From Planctomycetota bacterium (GTDB lineage Bacteria; Planctomycetota; GCA-002687715; CAIWVZ01), in contig JBGANV010000001.1 of assembly GCA_044222185.1 (NCBI GenBank), positions 1 to 64,000 of the forward strand: 64,000 nt of DNA, written 5' to 3'. Below the pieces are notes generated by a model. That model was not told where the DNA came from and ran no database searches. It saw only the letters and a list, made by a program, of their open reading frames with translations. This document shows, one piece after another, positions 9,514-19,106 of this stretch (positions within the stretch are counted from its first letter, which is position 1; the number at the start of each line of letters is the position of its first letter). The translations under genes were made by a program, and so were the position numbers.

Positions 9514-12042
9514 ATGCCAAAACTCGTGATCACGGATGGGGACGGCTCCCGCGAGGTCGCCCTCGCCGGAGAGGTGAAGGCCGGCCGTCTCTCCGACAAC
9601 CAGGTGCAACTGAAGGTTCCCGAGGCCTCTCGACATCACTGCCGGTTCTTCCAGGAGAAGGGCAGCTGGTTCGTCGAGGACCTGGGTTCCAGCAACGGAA
9701 CCCTCGTCAACGGCCGAAAGGTGAGCAAGTTCGAGCTCCAGGACGGAGACGTGATCTCCATCGGCGCCGCCTCCATGCGGTTCATGGAATCGGACGCCGC
9801 GGCGGCCGAGCCGTCGTTGGAGTCTTGGGGGGACGACGAGATTTCCCTCGAGCAGCACGTCTTCCTGATCCTCGGCTGCGCCGGCCGCTCGGGCGAGGTC
9901 GTCAAGATCACCGGGGACAAGGCCACGGTCGGCCGGCGGAGCAAGCACACGCTCTCGGTCTCCGAGGCCTCGGTCTCGAACGACCACGCCGAGATCGTCA
10001 AGAAGGGGGCTGACTGGGTCGTGCGCGACCTGGGATCGAGCAACGGCACCTTCGTCGACGGCGACAAGGTCACCGAGAGGGTGCTGGCGTCCGGTTGCGT
10101 GATCACCTTCGGCGCCGCACCGGTGACGTTCGGGATCGGCGACCCCAAGGACTTCACGGCGCCGACGCCCGCAGCCGAGCCCGAGGCCGCCGCTGCAACG
10201 ACGGCCGTCGAGGTGGGGTCCTTCGCCGAATCCCCGGCCTTCGAACTCCACGACATGCCGCCCGCCAAGCGCGGCGGACTGGGCGGATTGCTCGTCCTGC
10301 TCGTGCTCCTGGGCGGCGGCACCTACGCCGCGTTCTATTATCTGCGCAAGGACGTGGCGGTGACGGAGGGCGGCGGCATCAACCGGGTCCACCAGTCAAC
10401 CAACCTGATCCCCCAGCAATACTGGTCGTTCGAGACCGTCCCCGCCGCGGAAGCGGCCGAGCACGCTGCCGGCTGGCACAACGAAGATGCCCTCGACGGC
10501 GGATCGACGTCGGAGGTCGGCGACCCCGTCCGTTCGGGGGACCTCGCGTTCCAGATCTCGCGCCGCGATGCGGCCGCCCCGCCCACGTTCGTCACGCTCG
10601 AAGGCGGGCCGGACGCGGACATCACGGTCTCCGGCGGCTCGGCGTTTCGCCTCTCGGCTGCGTGCCAGCTTCCGGCGGACGCGGCAGCCGGCGTGATCGT
10701 CAGCTGGTACGACAAGGCGGCAAACGACGAGTTGCACCTGCTTTCGCGCGACGTCGTCGTCGGTAGCCCGAAGAGCGGATGGACTGGCCTCGACGGCATC
10801 GTCGTGGCGCCGGACGGCGTCAACCGGGCCCGCGTAGGGCTCGTGACGTCGGGCGCGGGCGACTGCACCTTCGACGACGTCTCCCTCGAGCCTGCGCAAG
10901 CCCCCGCCGGACGCATGATCGAAGCCAAGGGCTTCCGCGCAGTCCTGCGGTCGGATGCGTCGCTGCGACTCAGCCGGTTCAATCGCGTCGTCACCGACGG
11001 CGCGGGTCCGTGGAGCTTCCCGGAGAAGGGCCGCCCGCAGCAGCCGTGGGAGAACTTCCAACCGGCCGAAGGTGCGACCGAGGTGAAGGGTGCGCTTCGT
11101 GGCGGCGCCACGCTTTCGGCCGCCATGCAGACCACCGAGCACGGCTTCCGCGCCACGTGGACTTTCGGCGGAAACGCCGCGAAATACGCCATCGGGATCC
11201 CGCTCGGCACGACCGACATCGACGTCACTCTTCTCGACGGCGACCGCGCCCGCCGCATGCGCGCCGCGTTCGCGGCCACGCCCACGAGCGGCGTCATCAT
11301 CGGCGGCCAGGGCGATCGCGCCCGCGTCCGTTTCGTCGACGGCGGCGGCAAGCCCGTCAACCTGAACGCGTCCATCGTCGCCGACGGCGGCCGCAACCTC
11401 GTGCGAGTCGATCGAGGCGACCAGCAGGTGATCACCTTCGAGGTCGACCTTTCTTTCGACGCCGAGCTGGGGCAGGCCCGCGAGCTGATGAACCAGGCCC
11501 GCGAGGCCGAGCGTGCGGGCAAGTCCGCCGAGGCGATCCACAAGCTCGAGGAAGTGCTCGCACGGTTCCCCTTCGAGGAGACGATCGAGCGCGAAGCCTC
11601 GGGGAGCGTCGAGCGCATCGTTGGTGAAGGCCGCAAGCGCGCGCGCGATCTCGGCGTCCGCGTCGACGACGCGCGCTTCTTCCACACGGCACGCATCGAC
11701 GAGCAACTCGCAAGAGACCTCGACGCCGAGGTCGCGCGCTTCTCTGGAACGACGCTCGAAGAGGAACTGAAGAAACTCTCGGAAGGCTTCAAGGCTGACC
11801 GGCAGAAGTCGGCGGCCGAGCAGGTCGACGGCGAGGCGAAGGCTGCATTCCAAAGGGCGCAGGACTACATCGCCGATGCCCATGGGCGTCGAGAAGTCGC
11901 GCTCGCCTTCCTCGAGATGGTGGCGAAGAGGTACCCGGGCACGGAGTGGGCCGACCAGTCCAAGCTGCTGATCGAGAAGGTCAAGACCGGCGCACCACAG
12001 AACCAAGGCGACGCGAAGGACTCGGGGGGCAAGAAGCCGTGA
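9514..12042 (+). CDS. Membrane protein: two N-terminal FHA domains, a TM helix, a CBM-like and helical/TPR-like extracytoplasmic part
   Basis: Two copies of GR...S..H...DLGSSNGT; TM LLVLLVLLGGGTYAAFYY; TFDDVSL; late YPGTEWA. Confidence 0.85.
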   Translation: MPKLVITDGDGSREVALAGEVKAGRLSDNQVQLKVPEASRHHCRFFQEKGSWFVEDLGSSNGTLVNGRKVSKFELQDGDVISIGAASMRFMESDAAAAEPSLESWGDDEISLEQHVFLILGCAGRSGEVVKITGDKATVGRRSKHTLSVSEASVSNDHAEIVKKGADWVVRDLGSSNGTFVDGDKVTERVLASGCVITFGAAPVTFGIGDPKDFTAPTPAAEPEAAAATTAVEVGSFAESPAFELHDMPPAKRGGLGGLLVLLVLLGGGTYAAFYYLRKDVAVTEGGGINRVHQSTNLIPQQYWSFETVPAAEAAEHAAGWHNEDALDGGSTSEVGDPVRSGDLAFQISRRDAAAPPTFVTLEGGPDADITVSGGSAFRLSAACQLPADAAAGVIVSWYDKAANDELHLLSRDVVVGSPKSGWTGLDGIVVAPDGVNRARVGLVTSGAGDCTFDDVSLEPAQAPAGRMIEAKGFRAVLRSDASLRLSRFNRVVTDGAGPWSFPEKGRPQQPWENFQPAEGATEVKGALRGGATLSAAMQTTEHGFRATWTFGGNAAKYAIGIPLGTTDIDVTLLDGDRARRMRAAFAATPTSGVIIGGQGDRARVRFVDGGGKPVNLNASIVADGGRNLVRVDRGDQQVITFEVDLSFDAELGQARELMNQAREAERAGKSAEAIHKLEEVLARFPFEETIEREASGSVERIVGEGRKRARDLGVRVDDARFFHTARIDEQLARDLDAEVARFSGTTLEEELKKLSEGFKADRQKSAAEQVDGEAKAAFQRAQDYIADAHGRREVALAFLEMVAKRYPGTEWADQSKLLIEKVKTGAPQNQGDAKDSGGKKP

Positions 12043-13712
12043 GCCTGCACGTAGGAATCGATCTCGGGTCCCGCAACGTCCGGCTCGTCGCCGGGACTGT
12101 CAAGGGCACGATCTTCACGCTGGATCGCGTGATCTCGGTGCCCGTCCAACACTCGGACAACCTCGAATCCGCGACGCTCGACGCCCTGAGCCAGGCCGCA
12201 AGCGAGTGGGGGAGCAAGTCACTCCCCAAGCTCGCCGGCGGGCGGTTCGGCCTGTCGGGCAAGGAACTGATCGTTCGCTACACGCAGATCCCGCAGGTGC
12301 CGCTCTGGCGCCTGCGCCTGCTGATGGACTTCGAAGTCCGCGAGATGGCGAACCAGGTCGGTGACACGCTCGCGAGCGACTACAACCTCGTATCTCTGCC
12401 GAACGCGCCGGAGGGCGAGGACACGGTGCTCGTCGCGGTCTGCAAGGAGACGTTCCTGCAGGCGCGATTCGATGGCGTGAAGTCGGCTCTCGCCGAACCG
12501 GCGGGCGGCCTGCCGTGCTCCGTCGCGCTCTTCAACGCATTCGCGGCGTGCGGCGACATCAAGGACGGTGAGTACACGTTCCTGGTCGACATCGGCGACC
12601 GCAACGTCGAGCTCGTCCTGCAGCGCGACGGAGAACTGCTGTTCGCGCGCAACATCGCCACGGGCGGGTTCACGCTCACGGACGCCATCAAGTCGGCCTT
12701 CGGCGTGTCCGGCGAGGACGCGGAGAAGATCAAGCACGACTACGGGAACGTGACGCCGCGGGGAATCTCGTCCTACGCCTCAGGCAAGGAGGAGAAGGTC
12801 GCGAACGCCATCGTCGGACCCGTGGGTCAGCTCTCGTCGATGATCCAGTCGAGCCTGGCGTTCATTCGGGCGCAGACGAAGATCCGCGACCTGGAGATCG
12901 GGCGGATCCTGCTGAGCGGCGGCGGCGCCAATCTCCGCGGACTTCCCGACTACCTCTCGGCGACGTTCCGCTGCCCGGTGCAGCGCTTCCAGCCTGAAAA
13001 CGGCCTCGACACGAGCCGCCTGTCGGCCGAGGAGAGCGCCCTCTTCCAGACGGATCCGGGCAGCTTCGCCGTGGCGCTCGGTCTCGCGCGCACGGGTGCT
13101 GACGACAACGCGTTCAAACTCGAACTCGTCCCCGCGACGTCGAAGAAGAAGCGCGAGTTCAAGCAGCGCACGCTCTTCCTCATCTTGAGCGCCGTCGCCG
13201 CCGTCATCTTCCTCGCGTTCAACTTCTGGAAGCTCTCGACGGAGGCGAAGGTCCTCGAGACCAAGTCCGCGACGGAGCGCTCGGCTGCCGACGTGGCCAA
13301 GCGCAAGCGCAAGGCGTTCGACAGCGAACAGGCGCAGATCGCAGACCTCAACCAGAAGATGGCCGTGCTCTCGGGCTTCACCGAACCAGCCTGGGCGCTC
13401 GCGCGGGTGCAGAAGCTCGTTCAGGACTCGCAGCCTGACGGCGTCTGGGCCGAGTCGATTTCGGTGAAGCGCGAGTCCGTGCCGGACCCGGCGAACCCCA
13501 AGAACCGTTTGATCAAGACGCTCGTACGCGTCGTCGGTCAGGCGACACCGATGGACGGCCAGCCCGATCACGCACTGGCCCAGCTCGTTCAGGGCATGCA
13601 GGCCGCACAGAAGGGATGCGAGGTCTCGATCGTGAAGCAAACCCCATCGCGAGGAGGCCCAATCGAGTTCGAGTTGCTCGTCGACGTGATGAACGCGGGA
13701 GGTGCGCCATGA
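12039..13712 (+). CDS. pilM: PilM-like actin-fold protein fused to a TM plus PilN-like domain
   Basis: VGIDLGSRNVRLV, LVDIG, GGFTLTDAI, AEKIK, ILLSGGGANLRGL, FAVALGLA; then TM, coiled coil and PDGVWAESI; GTG start overlaps the upstream stop. Confidence 0.82.
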   Translation: MSLHVGIDLGSRNVRLVAGTVKGTIFTLDRVISVPVQHSDNLESATLDALSQAASEWGSKSLPKLAGGRFGLSGKELIVRYTQIPQVPLWRLRLLMDFEVREMANQVGDTLASDYNLVSLPNAPEGEDTVLVAVCKETFLQARFDGVKSALAEPAGGLPCSVALFNAFAACGDIKDGEYTFLVDIGDRNVELVLQRDGELLFARNIATGGFTLTDAIKSAFGVSGEDAEKIKHDYGNVTPRGISSYASGKEEKVANAIVGPVGQLSSMIQSSLAFIRAQTKIRDLEIGRILLSGGGANLRGLPDYLSATFRCPVQRFQPENGLDTSRLSAEESALFQTDPGSFAVALGLARTGADDNAFKLELVPATSKKKREFKQRTLFLILSAVAAVIFLAFNFWKLSTEAKVLETKSATERSAADVAKRKRKAFDSEQAQIADLNQKMAVLSGFTEPAWALARVQKLVQDSQPDGVWAESISVKRESVPDPANPKNRLIKTLVRVVGQATPMDGQPDHALAQLVQGMQAAQKGCEVSIVKQTPSRGGPIEFELLVDVMNAGGAP

Positions 13713-14569
13713 ACCTGGGCGACCTCTGGCAGGAACACAAGAAGTTCATCACGACGGTGCTGGTCGGCGCGTTCGTCGTCCTCATCGCGCAGCTCGTGAT
13801 GAAGTCCATCTATTCGAGCAAGGTCGAATCGCACCAGCGCGAGATCTCGAGTGCACAGGCCGCGCAGCGCTCCGCGACGCTCCCTGGCGGCGTGGATCTG
13901 AAGAAGATCCAGCAGGACCGAGAGCAACTGCGCAAGGAATTCGACTCGCTCGTGGCCTCGGTGTCGCACACGCCGACGGAGCCGTTCCGGCTCGGCGGGA
14001 ACGTCACGGACCCTGACCTGCACTACAACTCCCAGGTGGACCGCCTCCGCACGGGCATCCTGGAGCTGGCGGCGATCCGCAACATCGACGTGGACCAGCG
14101 GCTCGGACTGCCGGACGCGTTCCCCGCGTCGCGCGGCGAGATCGAGCACTACCTCCGCGGCCTGGACGTCGTCGAGGAGATGATCTCCATGTGCATCGCG
14201 GCGGAGCAGCTCTACGAGGGCGGCGTCGCGCGCATCGAGCGCATCGAGATCGAGAAGGCGAACAAGAACCGCGCGGCGAACGATCGCAAGGTTCCGTTCA
14301 CGACGAGCCTGCGCGTGAACATGGTCGTCGTCGGCCACCCGAAGGCCGCCGACTGGATCCTCCGCCGGTTCCCGACCGCCGCCAGCGACGACCCGTCGCG
14401 CGCCGGCCGCTACCTGGCGGTCGATGAGGCGTCGATTCGCAGCTTGGACACGCCGCCCGGCGCCGTGTCTCGCGACAAGCGAGGGTCCGATCCGGCAGAC
14501 CGCAGACGTGTCGAGCTGCGGCTTTCCGTGCTCGCACTGGCCGTGAACACCGAGGGGCAGGCGCGCTGA
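13709..14569 (+). CDS. Hypothetical bitopic protein, PilO/GspM-like by position
   Basis: N-terminal TM, coiled coil and beta-rich C-terminus; ATGA overlap after pilM-N. Confidence 0.6.
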   Translation: MNLGDLWQEHKKFITTVLVGAFVVLIAQLVMKSIYSSKVESHQREISSAQAAQRSATLPGGVDLKKIQQDREQLRKEFDSLVASVSHTPTEPFRLGGNVTDPDLHYNSQVDRLRTGILELAAIRNIDVDQRLGLPDAFPASRGEIEHYLRGLDVVEEMISMCIAAEQLYEGGVARIERIEIEKANKNRAANDRKVPFTTSLRVNMVVVGHPKAADWILRRFPTAASDDPSRAGRYLAVDEASIRSLDTPPGAVSRDKRGSDPADRRRVELRLSVLALAVNTEGQAR

Positions 14570-14587
14570 CGCGTCGCTGAGACATCC

Positions 14588-17398
14588 ATGCGGAAAGAAG
14601 CCATCACCTTCATCGTCGTCGTGCTGCTCCTCGGGGGACTGACCGCATGGTCGTTCCTGGACAGCGGGTCGACGGGCACGGGCCGCGGCCGCGGAAAGTC
14701 GGCGGACCAGGGAGCCGAGCTGCAAAAGGCCAGCTCGACTCCGGGTCGATTCCTCGGGGACTCGGACGTCACCTGGGCGCCTGACGGACGCAACATCTTC
14801 GAGACTCCGAGCGAGACGCGCGAGCTGCCGCCGCTGGAGTTGGGCGCGCCGCCGCTGACGCGCCTGATCCACCCCGGCGTGCCGCTTCCCGTCACGCTCT
14901 CGCCGAAGGCCCGGCGCGCCATGCGCCGTGCGATCGTCGTGGATCCGAAGCTTGCGGAGGCCGCCGGCAGCACCGCGGCCGCGCCGCAGCCGTCGGAAAC
15001 TCCTGGCGGAAACGCTGGCGACCGCGTGAATGCCGTCGAGGCCGCCAAGGCGGCGCTCGAGAAGGAGCTCGAGGAGGCCAACAAGAAGGCAACGCAGCAG
15101 GAATCGGACGCCGATCGCAAGAAGCGGCTCGACAAGATCACCTTCACGAACGGCAGCACCCTCTTCGGGGAGTTCTCCGTTGCGAAGGCGCTGAACCGCT
15201 ACCAGGTGAAGCACGACTTCGACGCCGTCCGCACGAACGTGGAGTTGAGCGAACTCGACCGCACCGATCGCCTGAAGAAGTTCGACCTCAACTTCGCAGA
15301 GGACAAGAAGGGGCGACTGGGGAAGGCCGTGAAGTACACGGGCGACGTCGTGAGCGAGATCGTTCTCGCCGACACCCCGAAGAACCGCTACTCGATGAAG
15401 ATCCTGGACACTGGTGCCACGGACCTTCCGGGCCAGACGGAGCTCGGTCGCGGTCTGATGGAGGCGCGCCTGTTCGACCTGGCCGCCGAGCACTTCGAGA
15501 AGATGCGGAAAGCGGGCCTTTCCTCAGTCGAGCTGTTCACGGCACAGTCCGACTGCCGTCACGAGCTCTTCGACTACAACCGTGAGCTCGAGACCCTGAA
15601 GACGGGGCTTCAGGCCTTCCCGGAGTCGGCGCCGCTCTTCTCGCGCCTGGGACGACTGCAGGTCACGCTCGGCCTCCCGCTCGAGGCGAAGGCATCGTTC
15701 GAGACGGCTCTCGCGAAGAACCCGAACGACTTCGTGGCGAACGTGGGCCTCGGCGACATCCTCCGCTCGATGGGCAAGAACACCGAGGCCATGGTTCCGC
15801 TGAAGGAAGCCGTGAATCTCGCGGGTCAGGACGCGATCAAGACCGACCTCGCGCGTCTCGCATTGGGACGTACGTACCTCGCCGCCGGCGACTTCAAGAA
15901 TGCCCACGAGACCGTCGATCTCGTCCTCCAGCGCGCTGCGAGCGGGTCGCCCGACAGGTCTCGCCTCCACGAACAGGCGTTGGTCCTGACGATCGTCGCG
16001 GCGCTCGCGCAGGGGCAGGTGGCCGAGGCGAAGACGCGCGTCGACGAGGGCGTTGCAGCCCATCCATTGTCTGGCGCACTCGTCTACCTGTCCGGCGTCG
16101 TGGCGTTGCAGCAGAACGACGCGGTGACCGCGCGCCAGCGATTCAATTCCGCGCTCGAGCTGGATCCGCTGCTGACGGGCGAGGCGCGCGTCGCCCAGTC
16201 GATGGTCGACGAGCTGTCGGGGAACGATGCCGCTGCGGCGGCGTCCGCCGCCACCGGCGCGACCGTCGCTGCACCGACGACGCTCGAGCTTCGCGCCGTC
16301 TACGGACGGGCATTGCTCAACATCGGCGACACGGCCCAGGCCCGCAAGGAACTGCTGAAGGCGCTCGATCGCGAGCCGGACAACGCCGACGTCGTCGTCG
16401 CGCTCGGCGACTGCGCGTATGCGGAGGGCAACTTCCCGGACGCCATCCGGTTCTACGACCGTGCGGCCGCCCTCGACCCCGATTTCCCGGACCTCCTGGC
16501 CCGTCGCATCATCACCCAGGTTCGGCGCCGCAAGCTTGCGGAGGCCGAGGACCTGGTCGGCAAGATCCCCACGGCGCGATCCAAGGACCCGCTGAACGTC
16601 GGCGCCCAGGCGTTCTTCCAATACACGAAGGGCAACCAGGTCGAGGCGTTGAAGATCCTGGCCAAACTGGGCGAGCTGGATTCGGGCGCAGCCGGGATGA
16701 TCGGCCCCTACGCCAAGAGTGCGCACGACGCCATCGTCGCCCACCAGAACAAGCTCATGTGGACCGACTCCTTCAGCCGCACGGGGTCCGTCCTCGGCCG
16801 CAAATGGGAGAAGGACGTTCATTCGGGCATCAACGTGGCGCTGAAGGACCAGGCGGCGACGTTCGACGGCAAGCAGGGTACGGAGTCGGACAAGCCGACG
16901 CTGCTGTGGCAGGAAATCCCCGGTGACCGCTTCGCGAGCTTCGCCGTGGACCTGGACATGCAGGCGCAGCCCGGCGTCTACAGCGGGCTGTCGCTGATCT
17001 GCTTCTCCGTCGGCGTGAAGGTCGCCGAGAAGTGGCCCGGCTATCAGGAGCGCGGCAACAACATGGCGCCCTTTGCCGGCCTTCAGGTGGCCCTGGCCCC
17101 CGAGGGTGCGCTGGTCTTCCGCGTGCTCCAGAAGGCGAAGATGTCGGAGTGGAAACCGGTGACGGGTACGACCTACGCCGGAGGACCGTGCACCATGGAA
17201 ATCCGATTCAGCGACCCACGGGAAGGCATCGTGGACGTCTATGTGAATCGAGAGAGGGTGCTGACGCAGCAGATCGATGATCTGAAGCGTTGGAAGAGGA
17301 CCATGGACCTGCAGGTGTTCGCGCAGGCGCAGATCGACAAGCGCGTACACCTCACCGCGGACAACGTCACGATCGTCACCTACAAGGAGCCCAAGTGA
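14588..17398 (+). CDS. N-anchored TPR protein with beta-sandwich C-terminal domain
   Basis: N-terminal TM; multiple TPRs (e.g. ALDREPDNADVVVALGDCAYAEGNFPDAIRFYDRAAALDP); WTDSF...DNVTI lectin-like tail. Confidence 0.8.
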   Translation: MRKEAITFIVVVLLLGGLTAWSFLDSGSTGTGRGRGKSADQGAELQKASSTPGRFLGDSDVTWAPDGRNIFETPSETRELPPLELGAPPLTRLIHPGVPLPVTLSPKARRAMRRAIVVDPKLAEAAGSTAAAPQPSETPGGNAGDRVNAVEAAKAALEKELEEANKKATQQESDADRKKRLDKITFTNGSTLFGEFSVAKALNRYQVKHDFDAVRTNVELSELDRTDRLKKFDLNFAEDKKGRLGKAVKYTGDVVSEIVLADTPKNRYSMKILDTGATDLPGQTELGRGLMEARLFDLAAEHFEKMRKAGLSSVELFTAQSDCRHELFDYNRELETLKTGLQAFPESAPLFSRLGRLQVTLGLPLEAKASFETALAKNPNDFVANVGLGDILRSMGKNTEAMVPLKEAVNLAGQDAIKTDLARLALGRTYLAAGDFKNAHETVDLVLQRAASGSPDRSRLHEQALVLTIVAALAQGQVAEAKTRVDEGVAAHPLSGALVYLSGVVALQQNDAVTARQRFNSALELDPLLTGEARVAQSMVDELSGNDAAAAASAATGATVAAPTTLELRAVYGRALLNIGDTAQARKELLKALDREPDNADVVVALGDCAYAEGNFPDAIRFYDRAAALDPDFPDLLARRIITQVRRRKLAEAEDLVGKIPTARSKDPLNVGAQAFFQYTKGNQVEALKILAKLGELDSGAAGMIGPYAKSAHDAIVAHQNKLMWTDSFSRTGSVLGRKWEKDVHSGINVALKDQAATFDGKQGTESDKPTLLWQEIPGDRFASFAVDLDMQAQPGVYSGLSLICFSVGVKVAEKWPGYQERGNNMAPFAGLQVALAPEGALVFRVLQKAKMSEWKPVTGTTYAGGPCTMEIRFSDPREGIVDVYVNRERVLTQQIDDLKRWKRTMDLQVFAQAQIDKRVHLTADNVTIVTYKEPK

Positions 17399-18063
17399 TC
17401 GCAGCACCCAACCTTGCGCCGGCGAGGCACCTCCGCCGTTCGCGATCGGGGTTCACGCTCATCGAAATGCTGATCGTCATGACGATCATTGCCGTGCTCG
17501 CAGGGCTCGGGGTCGTCGCGCTTCCGGCACTGATGCGACGCGGGCCCAAGCTGGCGGCTCAAACGTTCCTCACGAACCTGAGCGCCGCGCTCGAGGGATA
17601 CAAGAACTCCGGCGAGGGGACCTACCCGCCCACGACGCTGAAGGACTACGTCGGTGTGGGGAATCTGACGAACCTCGAGAACTGCGGAATCGAGTCCGTC
17701 GTCCTGTGCATGAACTCGAAGAACTACTCGGGTTCGTTCGGCTTCGAGGACAGCTCGGGCTGCAAGCTCGAGAACCTGGACGGCGATCAGACCCAGGTCC
17801 AACTCACCAAGTTCGGCACCCGTGACCTGTGGGAAGTCCTGGACCCGTGGGGCAACCCCTACGTTTACTTCAATGCGGCGGACTACTCGGCGGCAGCCGA
17901 GGTAGGGGTCGTCTCCGGGAAGAACGGCCCCGTGAAGGTCGTCCCGTGGAAGAACTCCAAGACAAAATCGTTCTGCTGCAAGGACACGTTCCAGCTCATC
18001 AGCGCGGGTCCTGACGGCGAATACAACACCGAAGACGACATCACCCCCTTCGAGCGAAACTGA
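17395..18063 (+). CDS. Prepilin, GspG-like major pseudopilin
   Basis: RSG|FTLIEMLIVM cleavage/methylation motif; DPWGNPYVY; LISAGPDG...DDI. Confidence 0.88.
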   Translation: MIAAPNLAPARHLRRSRSGFTLIEMLIVMTIIAVLAGLGVVALPALMRRGPKLAAQTFLTNLSAALEGYKNSGEGTYPPTTLKDYVGVGNLTNLENCGIESVVLCMNSKNYSGSFGFEDSSGCKLENLDGDQTQVQLTKFGTRDLWEVLDPWGNPYVYFNAADYSAAAEVGVVSGKNGPVKVVPWKNSKTKSFCCKDTFQLISAGPDGEYNTEDDITPFERN

Positions 18064-19106
18064 TGTTCCGTGCGCGTGGTGAACCGGGTCCTGGTCGGCA
18101 GTCGGCGAAGGCCCCCGGCAGCGGGTTCACCCTCATGGAGGTGCTCGTCGTCATGACGATCATCTCCGTCGTCCTCGGCATATCCGCCGGCATGCTCGCC
18201 CGCGCGGGCCGCGCAGGCGTCCTGGACGGCGCAGCGCGCGTCACGCGGGTCGCACTTCAACGCGCACGCGCACTGTCTCGGACGGAAGGCATCCTTTCCC
18301 GGGTCACGCTCACGCCGTTCAACGAAAAAACGGGACGCCGCGCGAACATCGCCGCATCCTGGAGCCGCATCGCCGGCTCGTGGCACTTCGACGACACGGG
18401 GCCGGACCTGGGACTCGGTGGCAACCAGATCTTCGCGCGGATCGTGGGCGGGTCGCCATGTGACGGCCGCGTGCGGGGCGGCGTGCGCCTCGTGGCCGCG
18501 GGCCGCATCTCGGCGCCGTCGATCCTGGAAGCTCCCACGCACGACCCCGAACACGGATTCACGATCGAGCTCGACATCAAGCCGGATGGCGCGGGACGGG
18601 TCGTCGCATTCGGCGGCGGAACGCAGAGCGGCGTCAGTTCGTTCGCCATTCACGTCGACGACGACGGCTCGCTCTCGGCGTTCGTCACGACCCAACCCGA
18701 GGGCTACGTGGCCAAGCTCAAGACGTCACCCGGCGTCATCGAGATGGGGGAGTGGGCGCGAGTGGGCCTGTTCTACGACGGCGTCGACGTCGCGCTGACG
18801 GCTCACGGGGTCATCGAGGCGCGCGTTCAGGAGGTCCGCCTCGTCGAGGTGCCGCCCGATGGCGCACTGACGATCGGCGGGTTCTCCGGCATCGTGGACG
18901 AGGTCCTGTATCGCACGGCCTCGGAAGATGAACCGTTCGAACTGGAGCCCGGGGTCGATTTCAAGTTCACGGCACCGCTCACCGTCCGCTTCGACGGAGA
19001 GGGGCGCCTGAACGAGCGCTTCCACCGGGAGCGCGTCACGATCCAGCTCACGCACGAAGCCAAGACCGCGACGGTCACGGTCGACCTCGCCGGAGTGATC
19101 CGATGA
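18063..19106 (+). CDS. Prepilin (GspH/FimU-like) with LamG/ConA-like domain
   Basis: SG|FTLMEVLVVM; WHFDD, FTIELDIKP, WARVGLFYDG, FSGIVDEV. Confidence 0.82.
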   Translation: MFRARGEPGPGRQSAKAPGSGFTLMEVLVVMTIISVVLGISAGMLARAGRAGVLDGAARVTRVALQRARALSRTEGILSRVTLTPFNEKTGRRANIAASWSRIAGSWHFDDTGPDLGLGGNQIFARIVGGSPCDGRVRGGVRLVAAGRISAPSILEAPTHDPEHGFTIELDIKPDGAGRVVAFGGGTQSGVSSFAIHVDDDGSLSAFVTTQPEGYVAKLKTSPGVIEMGEWARVGLFYDGVDVALTAHGVIEARVQEVRLVEVPPDGALTIGGFSGIVDEVLYRTASEDEPFELEPGVDFKFTAPLTVRFDGEGRLNERFHRERVTIQLTHEAKTATVTVDLAGVIR